Source: Callorhinchus milii (Eukaryota). Taken from it: 64,000 nucleotides of DNA. Each line of letters starts with the position of its first letter. Position 1 is the first letter of the stretch. The stretch is from NCBI RefSeq assembly GCF_018977255.1, contig NW_024704743.1:105464001-105528000 (forward strand), given 5' to 3'. This document shows, piece after piece, positions 13,810-25,859 of the stretch. Made by a program: the position numbers and the translations under genes. Under the pieces are notes generated by a model. That model was not told where the DNA came from. It saw only the letters and a list, made by a program, of their open reading frames with translations, and ran no database searches.

Positions 13810-14248
13810 TAGGTTGAGTAAACTAGACCTATATTCTCTAGAATATAGAAGAATTAAGGGTGATCTTATAGAAACATAAAAGATTCTTATAGGGCTTGAT
13901 AGAGTAGATAGTGTGAGACTGTTTCCCCTGGTAGGAAAATCTATAACTAGGGGTCACAGTTTTAAGGTTAAGGGTTATCCTTTCGAACAGAGTTGAGGAA
14001 ACACTTCTTCACTAAAAGGGTAGTGAATTTATGGAATTCTCTACCCCAGAAGGCTGTAGATGCTCAGTCCTTGAACATATTCAAGACTGAGATTGATAGA
14101 TTTCTAAAGGTTAGAGGGATTAAGGGATATGGGGATAAGGCGGGCAGATGGAGTTAGATTAGAAGATCAACCATGATCTTATTAAATGGCAGGGCAGGCT
14201 CGAGGGGCCGAAAGGCCTACTCCTGCTCCTAATTCCTATGTTCCTAAA
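13810..14248 (+). mobile_element. CR1 LINE 3' end
   Basis: Encodes RLSKLDLYSLEYRRIKGDLIET..TRGHS; ends GGGGCCGAAAGGCCTACTCCTGCTCCTAATTCCTATGTTCCTA. Confidence 0.88.
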
Positions 14249-14284
14249 CACATATTGACATGCAATCTTCAATATAAATGCATA

Positions 14285-14594
14285 GGAGTCCGGTAGCTCA
14301 GTGGTTAGAGCACTAGCCTCGCAAGGGAGAGACCTGGGCAAGATTCCCAGCAGGTCGAAACCTTGGGCAAGTTTCCTTACTCCACATGCCTGATAATAAT
14401 CCCTCAAGAAAAAAAAACAATAATTTGGTCACTCAATCCACGATTGTTTGTGGGACACTGCTGTGTGCAATTGGCTGCCATGTTTTCTCCCACAAAATAT
14501 ACAGTCAATTCACTTTACAGTATATTCTGTGAAGCGCTTTGAGACGTCTAGAAGACATGAAAACGCTATATTAAATGCAAGGATTATCATTATA
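14285..14594 (+). mobile_element. Young tRNA-derived SINE, full length
   Basis: GGAGTCCGGTAGCTCAGTGGTTAGAGC head through AAATGCAAGGATTATC tail. Confidence 0.9.
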
Positions 14595-14639
14595 ATATTA
14601 TAAATGCTGGTGATGGGTATTGCTATCCTATTCCAGTTT

Positions 14640-15230
14640 TGAATGCAGTAGTGGGAGAGAGCTGGATTGTCAGAGGTGCTGTCCTTTGGATGAAATATTA
14701 AACTGAGGTCCTGTCTGTCTCTGTAGGTGGACATTAAAGATCATACGTTACGATTTGAAAAATGGAGTTTCTCTCAGGGTCCTGGGCAACAATTGTCTAA
14801 ATAAAATTGATTGTTAGCTCATACATATCGTTGGACATTGTTGTATGCATATTGGCTGCCACTTTTGCCTGTAAATACACAACTGCACTTCATGGCAAAA
14901 TCCAATGAAGCCTTTCAGATGTCTCGACAACATGATAAGTCGCTATAATAATAATAATAATCCTTGCATTTGATATAGCGCTTTTCACGTCGGGAGGACA
15001 TCCCAAAGCGCTTCACAGAACACACTGTAAGGTGAATTGACTGTATATTTGTGGGCGAACGCGGCAGCCAATTGCGCACAGCAATGTCCCACAAACAGTC
15101 GTAGATTGAAAATGACCAATTTATTATTGTTTTTGGAGGGATTATTATTAGGCTCTGTGTGGAGTAAGGAAACTTGCCCAAGGTTTCGCCCTGCCTGGAA
15201 TTAAACTCTATATCAAAAGCAAAGATTATT
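14640..15230 (+). mobile_element. Deu-domain SINE interrupted in its tail by a young SINE
   Basis: Deu core at 14670-14790; the tail CGCTATA resumes as CTATATCAAAAGCAAAGATTATT at 15208. Confidence 0.7.
14948..15207 (-). mobile_element. Young SINE, 5'-truncated, nested
   Basis: Flanked by apparent TSD CTATA (14943-14947, 15208-15212). Confidence 0.9.
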
Positions 15231-17489
15231 ACTGTAATAATCTCATTATAGAAGAGATAGCTTTATGACAATGTTTCTATCTATGCCACTACTGTCAAAA
15301 TAGAAATGAACGATAAGGTTACTTTTGAGCTCAGCTGTGATTTCAGAATCTCACAATACGAGTATCATTATCAGAAGAGCTAGCCCATCCCTGCTGCTAC
15401 TGCTACTAGCTAGCTTCAACACAGTCTAATTAGAAGAGGATGTGAAATTATTTTGCTGCATAGTAAAATAAAAGATCAGTTTTCAATTCAAATTCAACTT
15501 GTGATTGCAGAGGTGTGTTCAGTCTATGCAAAAGGTTTGCAGCTCTCAAGCATGAGCAGTTGTCTCAAGCATGAGCAGTTGATGTGATGTTGCTTCAATC
15601 ATAACCCCATGGAGAGCTAACACGCCTTCCTTCTCTTTAATTTTGCAGAGGATAAACTTTTAATAAAGTACGTTTCTCCATCCAATCTACTTCTCTTAAT
15701 TGCTCTGACTGTAATTGGACATGGGGCAGGTTTTGCCAAATTGGCTACAACATTCCCTCACTGGGCACATATGGAGTTTTATTTGGAGCACTTGAGTTAC
15801 CAGCTGATGTGAGTAAGGCTTCTTGAAGATGAATATACTTCTACCAGCGTCTCTGGTTATATTTACCACCTATTTAGTTCGATCACAATTTTGGGGTGAT
15901 ATGATAAAGAAGAACTTGTATTTTATTTCTTTTACAACAGTCTTATCAAATCCACACAAAAGTCCACTAAGAAAAACAAGTGTTAGACCATTGACTGTGA
16001 ACAAAACAGCCCAAATTGTAGCTACAGATAAACCAAAAACTTCAATTTTAGATAACAAATGTAGAGCATAATGTGAGCATGTATCAATGTGTGCATGCGT
16101 ATTGTGGAGACATAAAGGGAATTTCTTCCAGTAACGTGCGAGTCAGAATAAAACTCGCAATACGTACGAGACAGTATATTTAGCAATAGAGCCATGTTAA
16201 TTTCCAAAGAATAAAGCATGTAAAAATGTTATGCTTTTACGTAGCATGAGTAAATCATGCATAAAATGATAGGGACATCAAAGATTTATGCATATTGTGC
16301 ACGCATGCTTTTAAGAATTTATATTAGGTTCAGTGGGGAGAAGTCTTAAACACAATTAAACAAAATTAGTTTTTATGGTCAGTATAATCTGACTATCTGA
16401 ATCCTTTGTTAAATGGGATTCATGCACCATGAATTATTTTTGTTGCATCCTTAATGTATTCAAAATTTGGGGGGATAATTTCAAGTACCATGGGCTACTG
16501 TTACTCTAATTTTCTGCTTCAACAGTCTGCTTTATCACAGCCTGGGTGTGTTGGGGTTGATGGGGCGGGTGCATGGTCTCTACTGTAAATTAATCCCTTG
16601 TCACTAGCAGGTATCACTGTCTTCTTTTATACAGGAATGAATCTGTCAACCACTTTAACCACTATGGTTCCTCTGGGATACATAGCTCCACTACACGTCT
16701 GTTTCTCTGTTAAGTTCCCTCCAGTTAATACTTCTGCGGCTGACTTGTCTAATCATTATGGCAAAGTCATACTCATCGACCAATGTCTACATCTGATTTG
16801 TTGTGCTTACTTTGCCAAAAGTCATATTAACAGATATTTAATCCTGGAATCTTAGTATGAATCCTTTTTTTAAAAAAAATCTATCTTTATCTGATTCAAC
16901 AGTTTCAGTTTACTACTTAAACAAATCTTGTCCACGCAATGGTTTATGGAATATTCAGGTAGCTAAAGAAGACAACAGCAATCAATCTTTTAGCCTCAAG
17001 GTTAATTAAATCTTTTGCACGCTTTAATTTCTGTCCATTAATATCTTATAACGTTTCAGTTCCTGATCATTCAATTTCTTACAGACTGCAGTCCTTACAA
17101 AACCAATGTTTGTAGTCTCTGTGTATGGTGTTGATCTGCATTGCGATTAAAAGCTGGATCTCACTGATATTAAACAGTCCACACGATTTCTCTATATACC
17201 TCTATGCATTTTTCCTTGAAAAACATTAATGCCAAGATTAAAATACCTCATTGACGGAGATACTTTCCCTAATGCACTCTAATATGTGGGCTGTGCTTCC
17301 CATGTGTATGAGTAAATAGAGAAATACAGATGCCCTTGATCATATAATGAACAACCAATTAAAAGATTTACAGAATCTTTGGCTGCTAATTATATATTTA
17401 AGAATATTCATATTTCACTCTTCACACATACTTTACAAATGGTTAGCACATCCTGCATTTTAGATTTTGGTGGGAGGGAGAAAGCTGAC

Positions 17490-18220
17490 CTTTCTCCCTC
17501 ATATCCGCGCCACAACTGGCACCGCCTTCCATCACCTCCGGAATGTCGCCAGACTACGGCACTACCTCACCCCTCACGCCTTTATTACCTCAAGGCTGGA
17601 CTATGGGAACTCTCTCCTCGCCGGCCTTCCCGGCACCTCCCTCCACAAGCTGCAGGTCATTCAGAACTCTGCAGCTCGTGTACTGTCCCGCACCAGGCTT
17701 CAGGACCACATCACTCCCACCCTCGCTCGCCTCCACTGGCTCCCCATCCACCAGAGGATCGAATTCAAAATCCTCACCCTCACCTACAAGGCCATTCACG
17801 GCCTTGCTCCCTCCTACCTCTCCGACCTACTATCCCCTACCTACCTGCCTGTACCCTCCGTTCCTCTGGCTCCGGTCTGCTCCACATCCCCCTCCCCAAC
17901 CGCCCTACCATCGGTGGCCGGGCCTTCAGCCTCTCAGCCCCCAGGCTCTGGAACTCCATCCCCCAGTGCCTTCGCCGCCTCCTCCCTTTCCTCCTTCAAG
18001 GCCGGTCTCAAGACCTTTCTCTTTGACCGAGCCTTCAGCTCCCCTCTCGACTCTCTACCCCCTCCTCGCTCCCTCCCTTCCCTCACCCTGACCATTTCCC
18101 CCCAATGCTCGGGTCCTGACCCAACTGTACAGCGCCTTGGGACATCCTCCCGACGTGAAAGGTGCTTTATAAATGGAATCTTGTTGTTGGTGTTGTTGTT
18201 GTTGTGGTGGTGGTGGTGTG
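17490..18220 (+). mobile_element. LINE2 3' portion, relatively well preserved
   Basis: HAFITSRLDYGNSLLAGLP..LQVIQNSAAR..LHWLPIHQRIEFKIL is LINE2 ORF2 C-terminus; (TTG)n tail. Confidence 0.93.
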
Positions 18221-19579
18221 TCTAAGGTGCCCTCTAAGGGATCAGCCTGTAATTATTTAGCCTGAACACCATGCAATAAGCAGGATTGCTTGAAATTATA
18301 ATTGCACCACTTTCCAAAGATTGATTAAAGATGGATTTTAAAGAGTGAAACAAAGTTAGATTGTCCTATATTATTCCAGTAAGCATCGTGTATAAAGGAA
18401 ATTGAGTTTGACAATGAATGTATTACAGATTGCAATATCCGGAGGTTTGTAAAGGTGCCAAGGGCCGGCATTGTCCCTACCAAAAAGCCAGGTCAATCTA
18501 AATAAATGCTTTGTCTTATATTGCTTAAACTCTCTTGCAAGGCAATGTGGATTGTTGAGATACTACAAGCGTGCGTTTTGTTTGCTGGCTACCAAAGTTA
18601 GTTTGTCGTGCGACAACCTGGTTCAGTTAGTAACACTCTTACCTTTGAGTTGGAATATTGTACGTTAAAGATCCCATGGCACTATTCAAAGAAAGAAGTG
18701 AATTTCTTGCCGTGCCTTTGCCAACAATCCCCAGATGAAATTGAACATTCACTTTATTGCTGTGTGCAAATTGGTAACCATGTTCACCTATAAATTATAC
18801 AGTCACTACACTTTAAAGCATATCCTGTGAAGCTTTTGAGAAATCTTGATAATGTGAAAAGTGCAATGTCAAATGTAAGGATTATTATCACTATTTCCTT
18901 TTTCTCTGAGAATAATAATAATTATTATTAACCTTACGTTTGATTTATTACCTTTAACATCAGGAGAACTTTTAGAACTCTTCACATGATATACTGTAAC
19001 TTGCAGCAACTCTGTAACTATGTATTTTGTAGGTGAACAGACAGCCAATTTACACACAACAATGTCACCAAACAGCCATGAAGTGAATGACCAGTTTTAT
19101 TTATACAATATCGCAATGCAGCATTCAAAAGAAATGGTTACAGTTTGGTCCACTAATATCTGAATACGTGCCTATTTTTCACCTAAATACTTTCACACAA
19201 ATAAATTCTTTTTTAAAATGTATTTTATGAAACTTCAGAAATCTGATCAGGTTTTTTTTAAATGTGAAGAAAATATCTTATTTTTCTGCGACTATCAATC
19301 AAATATTTAATATGCACGTCTCATTGTCTCTGAATGAAGAGCAGGAGTTTCCAAAGGGTGAAAACATAACAAATAGTATGTTTGGATAAATCATACAGAC
19401 GTTTCCTTCCATTTAGTTTTAAGCCACTTTCAGACGCTTTCTAATATACATGAAGACTGAATAAAGACATTAATAAACAAAGCATTTTAGTTCCTAATGC
19501 TGAAAATTCAGTTCTTCAGCAAATATTTGTCTTGAAGACATGATAAGCGCTATATCAAATGCAAGGATTATTATTATTA

Positions 19580-19995
19580 GAATACATTAGAATATATTAG
19601 AATATACAGCACAGAAACAGGCCATCCAGCCCAACTAGTCTATGCCGGTGTTTATGCTTCACATGAGCCTCCTCCTGATCTTCCTCAACTAAGTCTTCAA
19701 GCATAACCTTCTATTCCTTTCTCCCTCATGTACCTATCTAGCTTTCCCTTAAATACATCTATGCTATTTGCCTTAACAACTCCTTGTGGTAGCATGTTCC
19801 ACATTCCCATTACTTTCTGTGTGAAGAAACTTCTTCTAACTTCCCTATTTGATCTATTTGTGATTATTTTATATTGATGGCCCCTGGTTTTGGTCTCCCC
19901 ACAAGTGAAAACATCATCTCTATGTCTACCCTATCAAAACATTTCATAATTTTAAAGACCTCTATCAGGTCAACCCTTATCCTCCTCTTTTCACG
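19580..19995 (-). mobile_element. CR1 LINE 3' end
   Basis: The reverse strand has AAGGGTTGACCTGATAGAGGTCTTTAAAATTATG and ends GGGCTGGATGGCCTGTTTCTGTGCTGTATATTCT. Confidence 0.8.
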
Positions 19996-20904
19996 AGATA
20001 ATAATCATAATAAAAAAGAAGAATTATTATTATTAACCTGTTTTGGGAATCTGTACTGAACATTGGGCAATAATGTGCATCAAGACATTATTAGATGAAA
20101 TAGCAACATGGGAAACAGCTGGAGGACACACAACAAAGACAACTATCACACAAAATGTAATCTCATGGTTCATGAGAGCACTGTTAACGTGGGGAATTTG
20201 TTACCTTGGAGCCATTGGGTTAACGTGTTACAGCAAACCAAACTTGGTACAGTCTTTTTTAAGGTCAACCCTACAATGGCAATTTCATTCTACATACAGC
20301 AGAATCGATGTGTTATAATTTGCCGCTAGTGTTATGTAGATTAATATAGAACAATGAACTGGTACTACAGCAGCTTGGTTCTATCTCAAACACGGCTCAA
20401 GTCCTTGTTGTTCCTAAAGTTCTGGTTTGGATGTGAAATTGTAGCTGACAAGAATGGTTAAAAACTCAGTCAGACAACAAACTAGAATTTAAAAGAGGTT
20501 AAAAAAAAGTGAGATATTATAAAATCTATAAATCGAAAGTTTAAAACTTAAGAAGATAATCGCGGAAAGAAAAAAACTAATATGCTTTTTTTCACAGCTA
20601 AAAAGGTTTAAATGTTTCAAAGCACTTTACAGTAATTATGGGTGTCAGCCTGATTCATTTGCTAGTACTCTTGCCTGAGGTAGAGGATTGTGGATTGAGG
20701 CTCGATGATGGAAAGTGGAGCTCAGAGTCACTGTCCTGTGAAGCACTTTGGGACATCTTCCTGATGTTCGCCAGAGGCATGGAGCAGGCCAGTGTCCACT
20801 CAGTGGAAGGAGAGGCCGGGTTGGTAGGGTTTAGGAGGTTGTGGAGATAGGGTAGGGTAAGACCATAAGGGATTTAAAATACCAAATGAAAGGATTTATT
20901 TTTA

Positions 20905-21170
20905 ATGCACTCCAGTGCTGGGGTAGAGCAGCATTGTTGAAGGTGCCACCTTTCTGATGAAATGAGACAGAAGTTTCTCCCAGTATCCTGGTCAACAATC
21001 CTTCAGGTAAAATTGGCCATTCATTTTTTGGTTGTTTGTGGGACATTAATGTGGGACATGTTGTGCGCAAATTGGCTTCTGTGTTTGCCTACAAATTGCA
21101 CATAAATTATACTTTGCAGTAAAATCCTGCGATGAGCTTTGGAATATTTTGATGATGTGATAAAGCAGTA
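20905..21170 (+). mobile_element. Deu-domain SINE, degraded
   Basis: GCATTGTTGAAGGTGCCACCTTTCTGATGA..TGTTTGTGGGACATT..GCGCAAATTGGCT. Confidence 0.65.
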
Positions 21171-21682
21171 GAAATAATGTTTGCATTTGCTAAGACACCT
21201 TTCACATTAGGAGGACACCTCAAAGGGCTTTAAATGCAAGGATTATTGTTATCATTGTCGTTATTGTAGTAAATGTGTCAGCCACTTGGATCATGTGGTG
21301 ACTGAACAATTAATCTGGATTCTTCGCCATAACTTCCTTCTCTTCTGCCTGCCTGCTTTGCTCAGCTGGCACAGTCTTGCTGCACCCACGGTCACACTGT
21401 GACAACAAGGTGCTCTATAATTACAATGTGTTGATGTTGTTGTTGCTCAGCTTCCAACCCCGCCACTGTACAGCACTCTGGGGGCACTATCCTGCATGAA
21501 GAGTGGTATATAAATCCAAGTTGTTGTTGATGTATTTCCAAAGAATGTATGGGAGTTTTGACATACACATCATCAGGCAAAGGGGACCTTATTTATTTGC
21601 ATACTGAAAGTAAAATATAGTAAGATAGTCTGCCATAGGTAAGAAAACATTTGTCCTTGCTTTGCAGTGCAGTAGATCTTTT

Positions 21683-21997
21683 AATAATAATAATCCTTGC
21701 ATTTGATATAGCGCTTTTCACGTCAGGAGGACGTCCCAAAGCGCTTCACAGAACACACTGTAAAGTGAATTGACTGTATATTTGTGGGCGAACAAGGCAG
21801 CCAATTGCGCACAGCAGTGTCCCACAAACAGTCGCAGATTGAAAATGACCAATTTATTATTGTTTTTGGTTTTGGAGGGATTATTATTAGGCGTGTGGAG
21901 TAAGGAAACTTGCCCAAGGTTTCGCCCCTGCCTGGAATTGAACTCAGGTCTCTCGCTTGCAAAGCGAGTGCTCTAACCACTGAGCTACAGGACTCCA
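21683..21997 (-). mobile_element. Young tRNA-derived SINE, full length
   Basis: A and B boxes present; TSD CTTTT (21678-21682, 21998-22002). Confidence 0.95.
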
Positions 21998-22497
21998 CTT
22001 TTGACAAGTGTCCTGAAATGGAACGTCCTTGTTTCTTCAATCATCCACAATGTTAGATAAGAAAGTACCTGGGCATATGTAAAGAATATAAAAATAGACA
22101 TTACAGTCCAAAAGCTGGTATGGAATCCTTATAGCCTGTGGTTATATTACGTTTCATGTCACATATTGGAAAGTCCAAAATTCAGGCTATGGTTATGTAA
22201 GTACACACACTTAAAATGTGTGTGTGTTGGTGTGTATGTAATAAAAAAAATTCCACATCAGCAAGTAAAATTTTGCATGGCTGTAGGTTGTTATTTTCAC
22301 AGTTGCTTGAAAACATTAGCAGTGGAAGACAAATCCAATAGAGAATAGAGACAGCATGAGTAAAATAATTATAGCTTAGGTGACTTTGATTTGGGATTTT
22401 GAAGTTAAATTTATAGTGTTTTGAAGCAGAAGGTTAAAGCTTAATATTTGGAAATAAATGGTTAAATGGTGAAGATGAATGCAACATAGAGGCATTT

Positions 22498-22817
22498 TGG
22501 AGTCCTGTAGCTCAGTGGTTAGAGCACTTGCCTTACAAGCGAGACACCTGGGTTCAATTCCAGGCAGGGCGAAACCTTGGACAAGTTTCCTTACTCCACA
22601 CGTCTAATAATAATCCCTCCAAAATAAAAAGAACAATAATAAATTGGTCATTTTCAATCCACGACTGTTTGTGGGACACTGCTGTGCGCAATTGGCTGGC
22701 GGGTTTCGCTCACAAAATATACAGTCAATTCACTTTAGAGTCTATTCTGTGAAGCGCTTTGAGATGTTGAGAAAACATGAAAAGCTCTATATCAAATGCA
22801 AGGATTATTATTATTAT
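22498..22817 (+). mobile_element. Young tRNA-derived SINE, full length
   Basis: TGGAGTCCTGTAGCTCAGTGGTTAGAGC..GGGTTCAATTCC head; (ATT)n tail. Confidence 0.95.
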
Positions 22818-23479
22818 TTGATTAAAATTAAAGAGCTTAAAAAAGTGGGATACTGTATTTGAAAATATATAAATTGTCATTTGTTTAAAAAAATCAATGC
22901 ACAATGATAAACAACTGATAAACTACAAGAAGAACAATGACAACTTGCATTTATATAGCGCCCTTCATGTGGGGGAGTGTCCCGGAGGGCTTTTTAAAGG
23001 TTATGATAAGGTTAAGGTTAAAAAGTAAACACAGCAAATTGAGCACACCATCCACAATATTTATATACAAAATTTATAAGCAAAATTACACTAAATATTT
23101 CAAATGGTGTTTCAATTAACCCTTTGAGCACAATTCTGAGTATGATCATGCTATGGTATATCTAATCGTCAGCAGCTCGGTTTAGGGTTTAGGGGGCAAG
23201 TAGCACATCGAGCTTTGGAGTCTGGCAACTCACTTGGGAGGAAAAACATCCTTTTAAAAGAGAGCTTTGGCCTGTCCTCTTGTTTTTAAATAAAAAACAC
23301 AAACACAGATAGTTTCCATCCATGTCTAGAACTGGTGGTTGAAACAAAGAAGAACAAGGGTACATAGAAAGTTTCAAAGGTTTTTGAAGAAAGGGTTAGA
23401 AAATAAGGCAAAGGAAATGTAAGATTGTACAGAAGTAAGTACAAAAGTAAGTACATTGAAGTAGATAAGGATGTGGAGG

Positions 23480-23790
23480 GAGGAAAGAGAAAAAAAACTT
23501 AATAGGAGAAAAGCAGTTAAAGTGAGCCCAGAACAATACTTTCAGATACACCAAGCTACCAGGACTGGAAGTCACATGTCCAAGATTTTGACAGGTCAGT
23601 TTGGCACATACACCCAGGAAGTATTCCTTCACATACAGCATAATGAACAGATAGAATGGGTTACCAGAAAAGGCGTTTGAGACCAGAACACTAACCTCAT
23701 TTAAAAAACAGTTTGCCGCAGTGATGGTTGGGTATTGGTAAGGGTGAAATTAATTAAGTCAAAGGGCCTTTTACACTTGTGATCTTATGT
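23480..23790 (+). mobile_element. Old CR1-like 3' fragment
   Basis: AGGACTGGAAGTCAC..GTATTCCTTCACATACAG..GAATGGGTTACC resemble a CR1 ORF2 end; heavily degraded. Confidence 0.45.
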
Positions 23791-24297
23791 GAGCAATGTC
23801 GTTCATTCCAATTTCTGTCAAACAGACTGAGCGATAAGGTCAGTAGCTAAGTTATGGAAATCCTCCCATTAGTATTCATTGGCATTTACCATCAGAGTAT
23901 TTAAAAGATTACATAGTTGTCTCCTGAGCTTTAAACCTATTCAAAGTTTCAGGTTTAGCAAACAGCCTCATTTATTTGCTGACTGAACGTCAAATATATT
24001 AAGATGGTCTGCCATAGGTCAGAATACATTTGTCCTTGCTTTGCAGTGCAGTAGGACTGGGAGTACACTTGGTGTTGACAATGTGATTACCAACTACTGC
24101 TACCTCATTCCTATCCACAGAGGCACATCACAAAAAATGTGCTTCTTTTAATATCACCGACTTATTATGTTTATTAATATTAAATTGATAACCTAGGAAT
24201 ATCATATTTACTTTGTGAATGAGCAAGGCATTGTAATATATGTATGATTAAAAGTGCATTACAATAATTCACATGAGTGAGACAAACATGGCTTTGC

Positions 24298-24430
24298 TCT
24301 GAAATAAAAAAGAAGTCGCTGGGAACACTTAGCAGGTCAGGCAGCATCTGTGGAGAGAATAAAGTGAGTTAACTTTTCAGGTCGATAACCTTTCATCAGA
24401 ACCCAAGTTTCCAGCAACTGCGGTATTTTG
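24298..24430 (-). mobile_element. Penelope-like element terminal fragment with hammerhead motif
   Basis: Shares AGCAGGTCAGGCAGCATCTGTGGAGAGA with the copies at 29960 and 39487; the minus strand has CTGATGA-stem-GAAA. Confidence 0.7.
24367..24403 (-). ncRNA. Minimal type-I hammerhead ribozyme motif (one stem III substitution)
   Basis: Minus strand GGUU-CUGAUGA-A-AGGU(UAUCG)ACCU-GAAA-A-GUU-AACU. Confidence 0.55.
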
Positions 24431-25859
24431 TGTGAGTTGATGGCTTGAGGGTGTGGACTGTCCAAGCCCACTTTTAAATTATCTCTCACTCCCTCTGCCT
24501 TGCCTGCTCCTTCCCCTTTTTCAGATCACACCTGAAGACCTTCCTCTTTGACTGTGCTTGCAGTCATCTCCTCCCCCCCCACCCTGGCTCGATGTCATGC
24601 TCTGCCATTGTTAACAGCTCTGAGAAGCTACCCCGCATGAAGGGCCAGCCTTTGTTGTTAACATTGGCATAGTTTGATGTCGAGCGGGGAGAAAAGGAAG
24701 GTGACTGTAGGCGCAGTCGAAGAGGAAAGTCTTATACAATGGAATGTGAATTTTAATTTATTATGTTAGCTCCTTATTTGAATTATTTATTTTTTAGGTC
24801 AGGAACGATATCTCCTATGAGATCCCTTACTTTTGTTTTCAGTTTTGTTCTATGGTTTTTCTCCGGAAAAATAAATCACTTTAACTCCCTGCAGTTTAAT
24901 AATGTTGCAGAAAAGAAGGTGATCTCAGGGCTTATGTCTTTTGAGAGTCATCAACTGTACAAGGGTTTCCAAGCAGAAAAGATAGTTTACATCCGCAAAG
25001 CACTTTTATTAGGGATGGGGTGCCAGGAAATTATCACTTAGCTGGAGAGCACTTTTTCAACTGCTTTGCCACAAGCAGCACACGTTGCATCAAAGGTCTG
25101 AAATCACAAAGTACTTTGTGGATGTCGTATGAAAGAATAAGTACAATGCATCCTCATTACCACATTAATGGGAGGAATGCTATCGGCAAGGTCCATTAAC
25201 TATAATTGAGAACCCATTTTGCCTGTTAACGTGTAAGGCTTTCTTTTCTAATGCAACCTTATTATAAATTCTGCTGATGAGATAGTCATTTTGTCCACTG
25301 ATCAATGTTTCTTGCAGTTTAAATATACGATGATAGACATTCACTGTGACTAAGCCAAAATAGTCCTTTTATCCTCAGCTCGCTAACTCTGGAGCAATAA
25401 GGGAGACTTGAAACCTTCACTTGTAATTACACTTTTGATTAATCGTATTACCATTTTGAGTACAACATTTCAAGTTACAAGAGTTACTACTTAAAGTTAT
25501 ATCAGGAAAACATGGGAATTTCATGCAAAGTCTGAAACATAGCATCTAGTGTCAAATAGGATTTGTTTTTGCTGAAAGGTTAATTCCTAAATAGAACCTG
25601 AATCCAGTGACATCTTCCGCAAGCAAGGGGCTGGTTTTCATACGTGTGTTGATGATGTCTGACTCTACTGCTCTTCTATACCTTTGATTCCAAGACTATT
25701 GCTTTTCCTGCTGATGTATAGTCCTGGATGAACTAATTAATACCTTTCTGTAGCTGAATGCGATCAAGACCGTAGGATATTCTTTGGGATTTACCAGCAC
25801 CTAGGTGCCTCTAGCACCACAGGGTGCTAGGCTAATATTGGTAAAAAAAACTTGAGTTC

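Noticed and set aside
15544..15581. 19-bp tandem duplication TCTCAAGCATGAGCAGTTG x2 (similar stutters near 34000 and 60320)
   Set aside because: Ordinary slippage duplications with no spacers, so not CRISPR-like.
16040..16320. Scattered short palindromes (GCATGCGT/ACGCATGC, GCGAGT/ACTCGC)
   Set aside because: The arms are too short and not colinear enough to call a MITE.
21723..22040. Recurrent small ORFs ending ..[11 protein letters not shown] or containing WDIAVRNWLP
   Set aside because: Chance translations of the SINE consensus; they recur only because the SINE is repeated.
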